DNA from: Eledone cirrhosa
Taxonomy: Eukaryota
Length of the DNA: 64,000 bases
Assembly: GCA_964016885.1 (NCBI GenBank)
Contig: OZ024744.1
Coordinates: 43,462,001 to 43,526,000 of the forward strand
Reading direction: 5' to 3'
Shown: in pieces, positions 1 through 13,816 of the stretch
How the letters are laid out: each line of letters begins with the position of its first letter
Position numbering within the stretch: the stretch's first letter is position 1
The notes under the pieces: model-generated
Databases searched by the model: none
The model's input: only the letters and a program-made list of their open reading frames with translations
Told to the model about the DNA's origin: nothing
Program-made: the position numbers and the translations under genes

Positions 1-71
1 CTCTGAAAACCAGTCCTTAGGTAATTAGTGCCCCAGTCTGGCCGTAAACATAGCTCAGACTATTTTGAAGT

Positions 72-404
72 ACAGTGTATGTCCGACATTCGCGGTCGCG
101 GTTATTTTCCTGAGAACTTAAATAATAATTGTTTGTGGAAACCACCGTATATTCGCGGAGTCGTAGATATCTGCCATGATGTTTTTATGGCTTTTTTCGT
201 GGCAATATATATATTTTTAACTCTAAATTATCAAGAACATTATACCATATTGGCCGGCCTATTGGACGCTCCCACTTTTTTTTATTATATTGTACGTTAT
301 ATTTTGACGTTTATAGGGATTTTTATAGACCACGTTCCATATTCGCGGTTTTCCACTCTTCGCGGGTGCTCTAGGAACGTAACCCCCGCGAATATCGGGT
401 GACA
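72..404. mobile_element. Degenerate MITE with pogo/Tigger-like termini (second copy ~3510-3842)
   Basis: Left end cagtgtatgtccgacattcgcggtcgcggttattttcctgag resembles the reverse complement of the right end (gtcacccgatattcgcgggggttacgttcctagag); internal repeats of atattcgcgg; no transposase. Confidence 0.5.
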
Positions 405-454
405 AATTCATATAAAAAAAAAATGGTTACAAAGAAACACATACATATACATAA

Positions 455-660
455 ACAGACACATCCAGACACTAGATATATACATATTACATACACATAT
501 ATACACATACATATACATAAACAGACACATACAGACACTAGATAGTTACATATTACATACATACACATATCTACACCTACATATACATAAACAGACACAT
601 ACAGACACTAGATATATACATATTACATACATACACATATCTACACCTACATATACATAA
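455..660. repeat. 70-bp minisatellite (acagacacatacagacactagatatatacatattacatacatacacatatctacacctacatatacataa)
   Basis: Units at 521-590 and 591-660 plus a variant unit upstream. Confidence 0.9.
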
Positions 661-1399
661 ACAGAGAGAGAATTTTCTGTTACAAAAGCGACGACACCTT
701 CCCTGGTCACTTGGCTTTTAACTTCTATGGTGATAGTAATGACGGACACCTGTCACCTTCTATTTCAGCATAAAACATAAAACAAAGTATCTTCAACAAA
801 ACTTCAAAAACGCGGTATTCATTTACGAATGTTTACATACAACTTTGTACTTTTATGATTAGAAATAATCATATTCCTTTTTCCTTTTCTAACTGAAGTG
901 AAGTAAATTTTATATCTAACCAAAATTAACCATTCTGTCATCTTTATTTTCAACAACAACTAACTCCGTTTCACTTCAAATATCTGGGCGTTCTAGTGTA
1001 ATATTGAAATGTGTCTTAGTCTAGTGAATGAGATGGTCCACTTGCTAGAAATAGCAGTCGAATCCACTGCTTTTTCGAGTGAGGGACACACTTTATGTTC
1101 AGTTAGGACACCTTTTAAGCTACTCTCGTTCTTAGTTGACTTGCAGCTAAACATAACCAGCACTAGCGTCAACAATATCAACAACAGTAAAACCACCACT
1201 AATAACAATTACAACACCACCACCAACAACAACAATACCACAACCACCAGCACCACCACCACTACCAGAATCATAAAAAAACCCATCAAAGTAGGACAAA
1301 GGGCTATAAATACTATAAATGAGAGGAAACGGAGGGTAAAACTAAGATTATGAGGTCACAGAAGAGAGGGAGGGGGATAGGCTTTATGTCTGGGGCCAG

Positions 1400-2990
1400 G
1401 TTTTGTTGGGGCTACACACCACGGACAATAATGGGGAAAGACATTTCCGCGGACAATGGCCAGCAAGAGCGCCGCAACAGCCACCCCACCTGGCGGGGTT
1501 CTTGACGTTGACCGGTGCAAAGAGGAAGCGGCCGGACAAGCCCTGGTATTTACTTGTCTTCCTATCCTCTGCAATGTGGGCTGAAATACAGGGGTTTGTG
1601 GCGGCGAACGTATTACAGCATTTAGCGTCTCAGATTAGGGATTTACCTCTTTCGAATGAAAAGAGGGTAATTCCGTCGGGGCGCTTGCCGTCTCCACGGT
1701 CAAGGCTTGCTGGCCCCAGTTGTGATGGGAAAGAAGCTGAGTCCAGGGTCGTTCTCAGTATGTCGTTGAGATCGGCATGTCGGGAGAACCGACCTGCGTT
1801 CTAGCGGCATGACAGTGGATGCAGCCCACCCTCGCCAACGACAGCCCCCACAACAGTATTTATGTGAATCCCACACGTGGCGGCCGAGACGTTGGGTCAC
1901 TCCTATGTGTATGCACTCGTCATCCAGAAGGGTACTGGTTGATGAGGATAGCACATAAACATTAAGCCATGTATCGCTGTTTGGCTGCGAAAGTGATCGG
2001 AGGCAAGCGTGGCAGTGTTGATCGAAGCCAGACCCGTTCTAGCTGAAGGAAGATCTGCACTTGATTCCGACCCAGTTACTTTGGAACTTTGTATACTGGG
2101 AAACAAAGAGCCCTTCGCCTGTTCAGTCGTTCGGGGTATGCTCTGGTTATGTGGTCACGTCAGATTTGGCTGTCTTGCTGAGAACTTCGCTGACGAGGAT
2201 GTGACTAGAGGAGATGGAGGAGAGGTAGGCCAGCAGTGCCAAATCCGAAGCGGATCGGAGGTCGAGGCCACCGAAGCTCGCTGGAAGCTTCACTTGTTCC
2301 CACCTGGTGTTGTCGAAACTGACATTGCAGATGAGTTTTGCACAGCGTCGGATGGTAGCATCGAGTTCCCCGAGGTTATCTGTGTGTGGGTAACAAGGTG
2401 CACCACGCAGCGTCAACTGACATTTTGGAAGGGCGAAGCAGTTTCTCAATAAGGTAAGCGTCGATGAGGCACAGGTTTGCATGCTTGATCTCCAGGCACT
2501 CTCTTATGGATTTCGAGAGAATTGGAGAGCCGAGAATGCAGGCGGCATCTTTGGGTGTTAGGAGAGCACCGGACAAGACGGAATTGATACTGAGTACGAT
2601 GTCATGGAATTCCGCCTCCCAGGTGGCTAATATTAATCACCTCGGACATGGGTGGGATGATCTCGAGTTCGAGGAGCTAGGCTGATTAGCCGAAGATCTT
2701 CAACTATCGTCTCAGCCGAGCCAATCATTGTCGAGTTTTTCATAACCAAAAGTTGAAGGACGCCGGACAGCGTGTGACGTGGTCAACTGCCAGTGCAAAA
2801 AGAGACGGGCTGAGTGTGTCTCCATGCTGGACACCCGTAGCGGAAGTAACCTTGTCAACGAACATGTGTATACTGGGTCTTCCGTACGGGAGATGAGCTA
2901 GAAGGTCAATTATGGGTGCTCGTCAGAGACACGTTTCTATGACGTGATCTCGCCTAAAGCTTGCTTGGTATACTTACAGCTAGCTTCTAC
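1400..2990 (-). pseudogene. Decayed CRE-like non-LTR retrotransposon (RT + restriction-like endonuclease)
   Basis: Minus-strand remnants: GVQHGDTLSPSLFALAV (~2790-2840; RT QGD motif), ILGSPI, LLRNCFALPK, WEQVKLPASFGGLDLRSASDLAL, and [10 protein letters not shown]...GKSLI*DA (~1625-1705; RLE PD motif); many stops and frameshifts. Confidence 0.8.
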
Positions 2991-3025
2991 TAGGATCTTG
3001 AAGTGTTAAAACTACGCTCTTAATA

Positions 3026-3203
3026 ATTGTTTCTACTTTTGGCACAATGTCAGCAATTATCCCAGTGTATTACTGGTACTTTATTTTATCGACCCCGTAA
3101 TGATGAAAGGCAATGTTAACCTCGGCGGGATTTGAACTCAGACCATAAAGGGCCGTAACTCTGCAAAGCATGACGTCCGACCCTCTACCGATACTACCAA
3201 TCC
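3026..3203 (-). mobile_element. tRNA-derived SINE (same family as copies at 48.4, 54.7 and 60.7-61.4 kb)
   Basis: Minus strand: A-box-like TGGTAGTATCGG, B-box GAGTTCAAATCC, central gcctttcatc..ggggtcgataaaataaagtaccag, tail gaaacaattatta. Confidence 0.85.
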
Positions 3204-3438
3204 AATAATGTAATACAAGTTGAATCATAGCGGTAAGTTATCAGTAGATGAGGAGACAAAAGTCTCTGATACACGTACAAATAATCACTTATATTTTCTA
3301 TTAAAAACAACTCTAATTATATCTACACCTAGTTTATCTTAAATCTTGTAAAATAACATTGTTCTGTATATATTATATAATTATTTACATTTCCAAATAA
3401 ATAATTGTCATACAATTTAGCCTGATATTTCATTTATT

Positions 3439-4436
3439 CTCTGAAAACCAGTCCTTAGGTAATTAGTGCCCCAGTCTGGCCGTAAACATAGCTCAGACTA
3501 TTTTGAAGTACAGTGTATGTCCGACATTCGCGGTCGCGGTTATTTTCCTGAGAACTTAAATAATAATTGTTTGTGGAAACCACCGTATATTCGCGGAGTC
3601 GTAGATATCTGCCATGATGTTTTTATGGCTTTTTTCGTGGCAATATATATATTTTTAACTCTAAATTATCAAGAACATTATACCATATTGGCCGGCCTAT
3701 TGGACGCTCCCACTTTTTTTTATTATATTGTACGTTATATTTTGACGTTTATAGGGATTTTTATGGACCACGTTCCATATTCGCGGTTTTCCACTCTTCG
3801 CGGGTGCTCTAGGAACGTAACCCCCGCGAATATCGGGTGACAAATTCATATAAAAAAAACTGGTTACAAAGAAACACACATACATATACATACACATCCA
3901 GACACTAGATATATACATATTACATACATACACATATCTACACCTACATATACATAAACAGACACATCCAGACACTAAATATATACATATTATATACATA
4001 CACATATCTACACCTACATATACATAAACAGACACATCCAGACACTAGATAGTTACATATTACATACATACACATATCTACACCTACATATACATACACA
4101 GACACATCCAGACACTAGATATATACATATTACATACACATATATACACCTACATATACATAAACAGACACATCCAGACACTAAATATATACATATTACA
4201 TACATACACATATCTACACCTACATATACATAAACAGACACATACAGACACTAGATATATACATATTACATACATACACATATCTACACCTACATATACA
4301 TAAACAGACGTACACAGACACTAGATATATACATATTACATACATACATACATCTACACCTACATATACATACATATTACATACATACAGACATATTACG
4401 TACACAGACACTAGATATATACATATTACATACATA
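3439..4436. repeat. Direct repeat copy 2: MITE-like segment plus an expanded 70-bp minisatellite running into the gap
   Basis: Matches 1-660; about 8 minisatellite units from ~3880 to 4436. Confidence 0.9.
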
Positions 4437-4636
4437 NNNNNNNNNNNNNNNNNNNNNNNNNNNNNNNNNNNNNNNNNNNNNNNNNNNNNNNNNNNNNNNN
4501 NNNNNNNNNNNNNNNNNNNNNNNNNNNNNNNNNNNNNNNNNNNNNNNNNNNNNNNNNNNNNNNNNNNNNNNNNNNNNNNNNNNNNNNNNNNNNNNNNNNN
4601 NNNNNNNNNNNNNNNNNNNNNNNNNNNNNNNNNNNN
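4437..4636. other. Assembly gap (200 N)
   Basis: Run of N. Confidence 1.
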
Positions 4637-4924
4637 TATACATAGATACATACACACACATACATACATATATATATACACACATAGACATATACATACA
4701 TACACACACAACATACATACACACATATATACTCATACATAGAATTAGATATATAATCATACATACATACGCACTTACATATACTCATATATACAAATAC
4801 AAACGCATCCAAATATGCGTATATACATAGAAACACCACTCCACCCTCACCCAACTCAGACATCCAAAGAAAAAGACATATACATATACATATATACACG
4901 CATTAATAGAGATATATATACACA

Positions 4925-4965
<41 letters not shown>

Positions 4966-5215
4966 ACTTATATACATATACCCACACACACATACAACCA
5001 TAAATACACATACAAACACCCACATATATATATATATACACATATATATATATATATATATACACACACATAAAAAACAGACATGCACATATATATATAT
5101 TTTTTTACACATATATATACACATATATATACATATACACACCCTCACATATACACACATACACATAAGTTATATTATAATAATAAATAATATATATATA
5201 CACATACACATATAC

Positions 5216-5265
<50 letters not shown>

Positions 5266-5525
5266 GAATATAGACATATATACACACACAGATATACATA
5301 CATATATATATACACATACATATACACACACACACATATACACATTCACATATATATGTGTGTGCACACACACATATATATACATACACACATATACACA
5401 TAAACACATATATGTGTATACATGCACACACACACATATATCCACATAGATATGAAGATAGACATATAAATAGAGAGACATACATATATATACACACACA
5501 CATATACATACATACATACACACAC

Positions 5526-5582
<57 letters not shown>

Positions 5583-8500
5583 CAGACATACACATACACA
5601 CATATATACACATGCATATATACACATATGCACATACATACACACATATATATACACATACAATCTTACATTCTTATTTGCATGCGCATATATGTATTTT
5701 TATATTCAGATATAAATACGCAAATATATATACACCTACCTACATATATACTCATACATACACGCTTACAAACACAGATGATAATAGTATGGGGGAAAGG
5801 GGGGGGGGGTTTGGAGAAGGGGATTATAGTAAATATATGTTTCAAGAAACATAGAATATTATCCGTATCTAGATCCAATGTATGTTTTTACATAGTATCA
5901 GTGTTAGGAAATACAATAAACAAGAAATGAGGCAAAATTTATGCATTTCAAAATAAATAAGTATACCATTAATTAAATGTTAACTAAACTAAAGATAGTT
6001 AACATATTGATTTCTAAGGTGTAAATTAGTTAGTTTTATAATATTTGAAGCAGAGTTTTGAAGTTAAATAGTAGTAGAGTATTAATTATAGTATAACTAA
6101 ATTAAAGTTAATAACGTTATGGTATCAATATTAGGAAATGAATTTAGTAATAGGGAAAAAACAAATAAAGTATTACATCGGTAGTAGAATATAAATTATA
6201 GGTTAATTAAATTAAAAATTATATATTTATTTCTATAGTATATGTTAATTAGGTATATAATAAATAAAACAGATATTGTATTTTATCAATAGCAGAATAT
6301 AATTATATGCAAATAGAAATCAAAATTAATACATATACATATACATATACATACACATATATATATACATATATATACATATATATACACATATATACAC
6401 ATATACATACGCACACACATACACATACACATATACATATACATATTTTTTCAAAAATTGCAAAGAATATATTAACTAGGTATAAATCCAAAACACATCC
6501 CATTCTATGATTACATGACATTCTGCAATTCGTCTGTATAAGGATATTAATTTTAAGCCAATTAAATTAAATTTTTAGGTTGATTAAAATTAAAACCAAA
6601 TTATAAATATATTTCTAAAATGTATATTAATTAGGTCTATAATACTAAAAATTATTTCTCTGTCATTGGATACACGATATTTTGTTATATTTTATCTGTA
6701 AAAGAATTATAATAAAAGGTTTAAATAAATTAAAATTAATCTATAAATTAAATTACTAAGTATATATTAGTAATATTTAAAGGTTTTTCACAATTTATGA
6801 TTACATAATATTTTATATTCTCATCTGTAATAGAATTTTAATTAAATTAAATTTATAGGTTAACTAACATTTAAATTAAATTAATTTCTAAAATAATGTT
6901 ATTAATTAGGTTTATAATATTTAAATGTTTTTTTTAGTTTATGATTACACGATATAATTAATTCCTGTCGTTTATTTAATAGGATATCCTTAGATTTCAT
7001 TATTTCAAATAGTTCTTGGGAACATAATCTATATTCATTTCTATTATTTTGATAAGGGGTGGCTCTTTTGAGCACACTCCAGGTCAAATCATATTCTATA
7101 TTCTTATTTTTATAACTATTGATTTTTTCTGCTAGAGATGTTGTATTAGCCAGTGCGGCATTTTTAAAACTATGCTTGTGGGTATTAAACCTTGTCTTAA
7201 AATTGTTAGAGGTAGCTCCTATATATGAGCAAATAGAATCTTTAGTTTTAACATTACATTTATAGACTATGTTGTTAACAAGACAATTCCCTTTTAATGG
7301 GCAGTTTGCTTTGTTTCTACAGTTACAACCTTTCGTTAATTCTGTATTTGAGGAGATATTATGGTTAATTTGATGTACTGGTGGTATACTTATGGTTTTC
7401 TTACATTTATATGCATTATAGGCACTTATATTTTGTTTTATGTTATTTGTTGTAGAGTATGAGAATTTAACTGTAGACCTATTTAAGATTTGATGGTATT
7501 TGTGGTTTGGCGGGAAGTTTTTCTCTAGGATATAAAAAATTTTTTTAGCAATATTATCCTTAATTTGTAAATTAAATGGAGCATTATACCAAGTAACCCG
7601 TCTATTACGGTTTCCATGTTGTTTATTATTTTTATTATTTTTATAGGTTGTATCGTGATTTTTACTAGGAGGATTAATGTTAATGATCTCACCACAACCA
7701 TTTTTAGTTATATTTGTAGATTTAGGTGTTTTATCCTTTTTATTAGGAGTTTTATTATTAATATTTATTAGAGTTGTATGATAAGTAGTATTTTGAGAGT
7801 TACTATACTTTATATTAGAAGATTTGGTATTTTGGGGTATAGTGTGGGTGGCATTTAGGTGTGTACTTTTCATTTGGTGTTTGTTGGTAATATTAGGTTG
7901 TATGCTTTCAGTATTTTTAGTAGAAGGTATATATTCTAATCTATTTTTGTGGCCACTTCTATCTAGAGCTTCGTTATAGAAGGTCGCATTTTTATCAAAT
8001 ACATCTTGGTTAGAAGAAAGGTTAGAAATTCTAAGTGATATATTATATGCAAGGTTTTTAAGGATAGATTTAGGGTGATTAGATTGTGAGTGTATGTAAT
8101 GTAAGTTTTGGTTTGGTTTATGGTAAGGTTGGTAGATACCCGTAGCTAAATCTAAAGTTATATCTAGGAAATTTACTACTTTACTTGTTTTTTCAAAAGT
8201 AATATTAAGATTATAATAGTCTTTAAGGAAAGTTCTAATATGTTTTTTGTTTTTTTCAATTTCTGAAAGGCTAAGGTTGTTAGAAAGAAGAAGACAGTCA
8301 TCACGATATAAACCACCTTTGAGGTGGGGAAAGGAGGCATTTATGTTGAAAAGGAGAAAGAGGCCCACAAGATCAGTAATTTGGGCGGAATCGCTTGAAC
8401 CCATAGTAATATCAAAAAGATTACTATATGTGTTTCTGGTCCAGTATTCATTCTGAAATTCAATAAGTGTTAGTCTAGCATGTGTAATAATATTAATGTC

Positions 8501-10972
8501 ATCCAAAGTTAAGTTAGATCTATTTTTAGCAAATATCAATGCTTTGTTCAGGAGTATAGGTGATATAGAAGAATAGTAATTATCTATATCAAATTGTAGA
8601 AATGAAGCAGAAGATTTACATCTAATATTTTTAAACCAGTTAATTACCTGGGAGGTGTTTTCCCAGAGTGGTAAAATAACGTGTTTTCTTATTTGTGGGA
8701 TGACTCTATCCAAAATGTTTTTGCTAATTATTCCAATATCTGATTTGGAGGGACATATAAGTCTAATAGAAGGATTTGAGTTAAAGTTTGATTTATGATC
8801 CTTCAGGTTGAAGTGTGGTCTTTTCAATGCCAAAGGTTCAGTTCTATCTTCAATGTTTAGTTTTTTTACTATGTTGTGTGTTTTGTTGTTGATGTTGGTG
8901 AGTGACGCATTATTAGATTTTTTATAATTTTTTCTGAGTTCTTTATATATGAACTCATTATAATGTTCAATATCCATATGATACAAGTTACCAGTTTTGT
9001 CCGAGTGGACATGGATTTTTTAGACTTTTTTAGGTCCAATAGGCGCCAAACCACAAATACCATCAAATCTTAAATAGGTCTACAGTTAAATTCTCATACT
9101 CTACAACAAATAACATAAAACAAAATATAAGTGCCTATAATGCATATAAATGTAAGAAAACCATAAGTATACCACCAGTACATCAAATTAACCATAATAT
9201 CTCCTCAAATACAGAATTAACGAAAGGTTGTAACTGTAGAAACAAAGCAAACTGCCCATTAAAAGGGAATTGTCTTGTTAACAACATAGTCTATAAATGT
9301 AATGTTAAAACTAAAGATTCTATTTGCTCATATATAGGAGCTACCTCTAACAATTTTAAGACAAGGTTTAATACCCACAAGCATAGTTTTAAAAATGCCG
9401 CACTGGCTAATACAACATCTCTAGCAGAAAAAATCAATAGTTATAAAAATAAGAATATAGAATATGATTTGACCTGGAGTGTGCTCAAAAGAGCCACCCC
9501 TTATCAAAATAATAGAAATGAATGTAGATTATGTTCCCAAGAACTATTTGAAATAATGAAATCTAAGGATATCCTATTAAATAAACGACAGGAATTAATT
9601 ATATCGTGTAATCATAAACTAAAAAAAACATTTAAATATTATAAACCTAATTAATAACATTATTTTAGAAATTAATTTAATTTAAATGTTAGTTAACCTA
9701 TAAATTTAATTTAATTAAAATTCTATTACAGATGAGAATATAAAATATTATGTAATCATAAATTGTGAAAAACCTTTAAATATTACTAATATATACTTAG
9801 TAATTTAATTTATAGATTAATTTTAATTTATTTAAACCTTTTATTATAATTCTTTTACAGATAAAATATAACAAAATATCGTGTATCCAATGACAGAGAA
9901 ATAATTTTTAGTATTATAGACCTAATTAATATACATTTTAGAAATATATTTATAATTTGGTTTTAATTTTAATCAACCTAAAAATTTAATTTAATTGGCT
10001 TAAAATTAATATCCTTATACAGACGAATTGCAGAATGTCATGTAATCATAGAATGGGATGTGTTTTGGATTTATACCTAGTTAATATATTCTTTGCAATT
10101 TTTGAAAAAATATGTATATGTATATGTGTATGTGTATGTGTGTGCGTATGTATATGTGTATATATGTGTATATATATGTATATATATGTATATATATATG
10201 TGTATGTATATGTATATGTATATGTATTAATTTTGATTTCTATTTGCATATAATTATATTCTGCTATTGATAAAATACAATATCTGTTTTATTTATTATA
10301 TACCTAATTAACATATACTATAGAAATAAATATATAATTTTTAATTTAATTAACCTATAATTTATATTCTACTACCGATGTAATACTTTATTTGTTTTTT
10401 CCCTATTACTAAATTCATTTCCTAATATTGATACCATAACGTTATTAACTTTAATTTAGTTATACTATAATTAATACTCTACTACTATTTAACTTCAAAA
10501 CTCTGCTTCAAATATTATAAAACTAACTAATTTACACCTTAGAAATCAATATGTTAACTATCTTTAGTTTAGTTAACATATAATTAATGGTATACTTATT
10601 TATTTTGAAATGCATAAATTTTGCCTCATTTCTTGTTTATTGTATTTCCTAACACTGATACTATGTAAAAACATACATTGGATCTAGATACGGATAATAT
10701 TCTATGTTTCTTGAAACATATATTTACTATAATCCCCTTCTCCAACCCCCCCCCTCTTTCCCCCATACTATTATCATCTGTGTTTGTAAGCGTGTATGTA
10801 TGAGTATATATGTAGGTAGGTGTATATATATTTGCGTATTTATATCTGAATATAAAAATACATATATGCGCATGCAAATAAGAATGTAAGATTGTATGTG
10901 TATATATATGTGTGTATGTATGTGCATATGTGTATATATGCATGTGTATATATGTGTGTATGTGTATGTCTG

Positions 10973-11029
<57 letters not shown>

Positions 11030-11289
11030 GTGTGTGTATGTATGTATGTATATGTGTGTGTGTATATATATGTATGTCTCTCTATTTATATGTCTATCTT
11101 CATATCTATGTGGATATATGTGTGTGTGTGCATGTATACACATATATGTGTTTATGTGTATATGTGTGTATGTATATATATGTGTGTGTGCACACACATA
11201 TATATGTGAATGTGTATATGTGTGTGTGTGTATATGTATGTGTATATATATATGTATGTATATCTGTGTGTGTATATATGTCTATATTC

Positions 11290-11333
<44 letters not shown>

Positions 11334-11579
11334 GTATATGTGTATGTGTATATATATATTATTTATTATTATAATATAACTTATGTGTATGTGTGTATAT
11401 GTGAGGGTGTGTATATGTATATATATGTGTATATATATGTGTAAAAAAATATATATATATGTGCATGTCTGTTTTTTATGTGTGTGTATATATATATATA
11501 TATGTGTATATATATATATATGTGGGTGTTTGTATGTGTATTTATGGTTGTATGTGTGTGTGGGTATATGTATATAAGT

Positions 11580-11619
<40 letters not shown>

Positions 11620-11902
11620 ATATATATCTCTATTAATGCGTGTATATATGTATATGTATATGTCTTTTTCTTTGGATGTCTGAGTTGGGTGAGGGTGGAG
11701 TGGTGTTTCTATGTATATACGCATATTTGGATGCGTTTGTATTTGTATATATGAGTATATGTAAGTGCGTATGTATGTATGATTATATATCTAATTCTAT
11801 GTATGAGTATATATGTGTGTATGTATGTTGTGTGTGTATGTATGTATATGTCTATGTGTGTATATATATATGTATGTATGTGTGTGTATGTATCTATGTA
11901 TA
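4637..11902. repeat. Large inverted repeat: left arm 4637-7512, right arm 9044-~11902
   Basis: Position x pairs with ~16556-x (6902/9654, 6303/10253, 7512/9044); arms differ by a few SNPs and microsatellite lengths. Confidence 0.95.
6902..9043 (-). CDS. 5'-truncated Penelope-like element ORF: reverse transcriptase + C-terminal GIY-YIG endonuclease (open 6902-8986)
   Basis: SDKTGNLY at the N-terminus, FDIDNYYSSI, ITMGSSDSAQITDLVG, LYRDD, FLDITL, YIHSQSNHP; CNCRNKANCPL linker, IVYKC...YIGATSNNFKTRFNTH, RLC..E, LLNKRQE. Confidence 0.92.
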
Positions 11903-11950
11903 TGTATGTATGTACATATATGTCTATGTATGTGTGTATGTATGTGTATG

Positions 11951-11993
<43 letters not shown>

Positions 11994-12194
11994 TTATATT
12001 TTTTTTTATATATATGTGTGTGTGTGTATGTGTGTGTGTGTGTATATATATCTTTGTATATGTGTATGTGTATGTTCGTGTAGGTGTATGTGTGTGTATG
12101 ACTATATATGTATGTGTATGTGTGTATGTGTGTATATATATCTATGTGTGTGTACATGTATGTATGTGTATGTATGTGTATGTGTGTGTGTGTG

Positions 12195-12253
<59 letters not shown>

Positions 12254-12537
12254 GTTTCTCTATTTGTATATGTATATGTGTATGGGTATATACCTTTTTC
12301 TTTGTATGTCTGAGTTGTGTGAGAGTGTAGTGGTGTTTGTATGTATATACCGATATATAGATGCGTAAGTATTTGTCTGTATGTATGTATATATGTCTGT
12401 ATGTATTTGTGTGTATATATAGGTATGTATGTGTATATCTGTATGTATATATGTATGTAAGTGTATGTATATGTGTGTGTATGAGTGTATATATATGTGT
12501 GTCTATATAGTATGTGTGATTATATGTGTATGTATGA

Positions 12538-12591
<54 letters not shown>

Positions 12592-12759
12592 ATATATATA
12601 TGTGTATTTATATGTATGTGTGTATATGTATGTATGTGTGTATATGTATATGTTTATATATGTGTGTGTATGTATGTTCTAAGTGTGGATGTGTGTATAT
12701 GTATGTATGTGTTTGTATATGTGTATGTATATGCATGTGTGTGTGTGTGTGTGTGTATG

Positions 12760-12831
<72 letters not shown>

Positions 12832-13813
12832 CTTGATATATTTCTTTTTTCTTTTTTCTTTTTTCTTTTTCTTTTCTTTCCTTTTTTAATGTTTATTTAT
12901 TATTTATTATTATTTTTTATTTTCTTAGTTTATAGATACATCTATATTAAGCAGTCAGCCCAAACCGTTGAATACTGACCTCTCTCCCCCCCTCCCACCT
13001 AATTTCTGTATCTTTATCTAAATGTGTGTGCCAGTGTTTATGTGAGTGAATTAATATCCATGTGCTTAGGATTTTATATCCACATATATATATATGTGAG
13101 TGGGGGTGTGTGTGTGTTTGTATGTTCGTAGTTTATGTGTATGTTTATGCATATACGCGCGTGTATGTGTGATTGTACGGATATGTGTTAGTATGAAAAT
13201 ATGTGTATACACTTATTTCATATTTATGTATCTATACGCATCTTATCTGTGCATTATAAACTTACAGAGACATTAACCTTGAAATTTTGTATTTGCATCC
13301 ATCCTTTTTGTATGGTTATACAGGTTGTGCATACATTTTTGTAAAATATGTGTAAGGGTTGTTACATGTATATACACACACCGATCTGCATTAAACCTTT
13401 TGTATTTTCATTGGTCAATTTTGTTCCCAAACGGACCTGAAAGTTTGAATTGTTGTTATTATCAATAAATATATTTCATTATTTCTGAAGACGGCGTATA
13501 TATGTGTTGGTATGTATATTTAATCTTGATAGTTTGTATAATTTTGTATAATTTTGTACATAGATCTGTTGAATATGCATGCCAACTATAACACATATAT
13601 ATCCTAGAAACGATCGTTAAATAATGAACTTTTTTTGTCTAATATAAGGAATTGTTTATTCATTATTTGTTTAATATTTTATCTTGACTCTGTATACCGT
13701 TTATCTTTCACCGAAAGTGATTTTTCATTACATCTCTTCTTTCCATGATATCCGGAATACATTGAGTTCTTCATACGGATTGGACACTACCGTAAACTCT
13801 TGGTAGATTTATC

Positions 13814-13816
<3 letters not shown>
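9044..13816 (+). mobile_element. Inverted 5'-truncated Penelope-like copy: GIY-YIG end, long TA/TG-rich 3' region and HHR-containing terminus
   Basis: 9044-9654 encodes the same GIY-YIG C-terminus; non-repetitive terminus 13.2-13.8 kb contains an HHR and ends in (TA)n. That the whole stretch is one element is inference. Confidence 0.7.
13475..13628 (+). ncRNA. Type I hammerhead ribozyme variant with long stem II
   Basis: Stem I TTCATTATTT(13475-84)/AAATAATGAA(13619-28); CTGAAGA 13485-91; stem II tatatatgtgtt/aacacatatata and ggtatgtatatt/aatatgcatgcc; GAAA 13607-10; palindromic stem III CGATCG; GUU site. Confidence 0.75.

Larger units (their letters stand above)
1..660. repeat. Direct repeat copy 1 of a segment repeated at 3439-~4100 (offset 3438 bp)
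   Basis: 1-~420 is almost base-identical to 3439-~3860 (ORF track 28..402 vs 3466..3840 differ by one residue); both are followed by the same 70-bp minisatellite. Confidence 0.95.

Noticed and set aside
28-402. Duplicated 124-aa ORF (also 3466-3840)
   Set aside because: GTG start, no recognisable domain, overlaps the MITE; conservation is explained by DNA duplication
455-4436. 70-bp repeats as a possible CRISPR array
   Set aside because: Contiguous units with no unique spacers, eukaryotic context, no cas genes
4220-12978. Many long YI/CV/HT-rich ORFs
   Set aside because: Translations of TA/CA dinucleotide repeats and Ns, which lack stop codons
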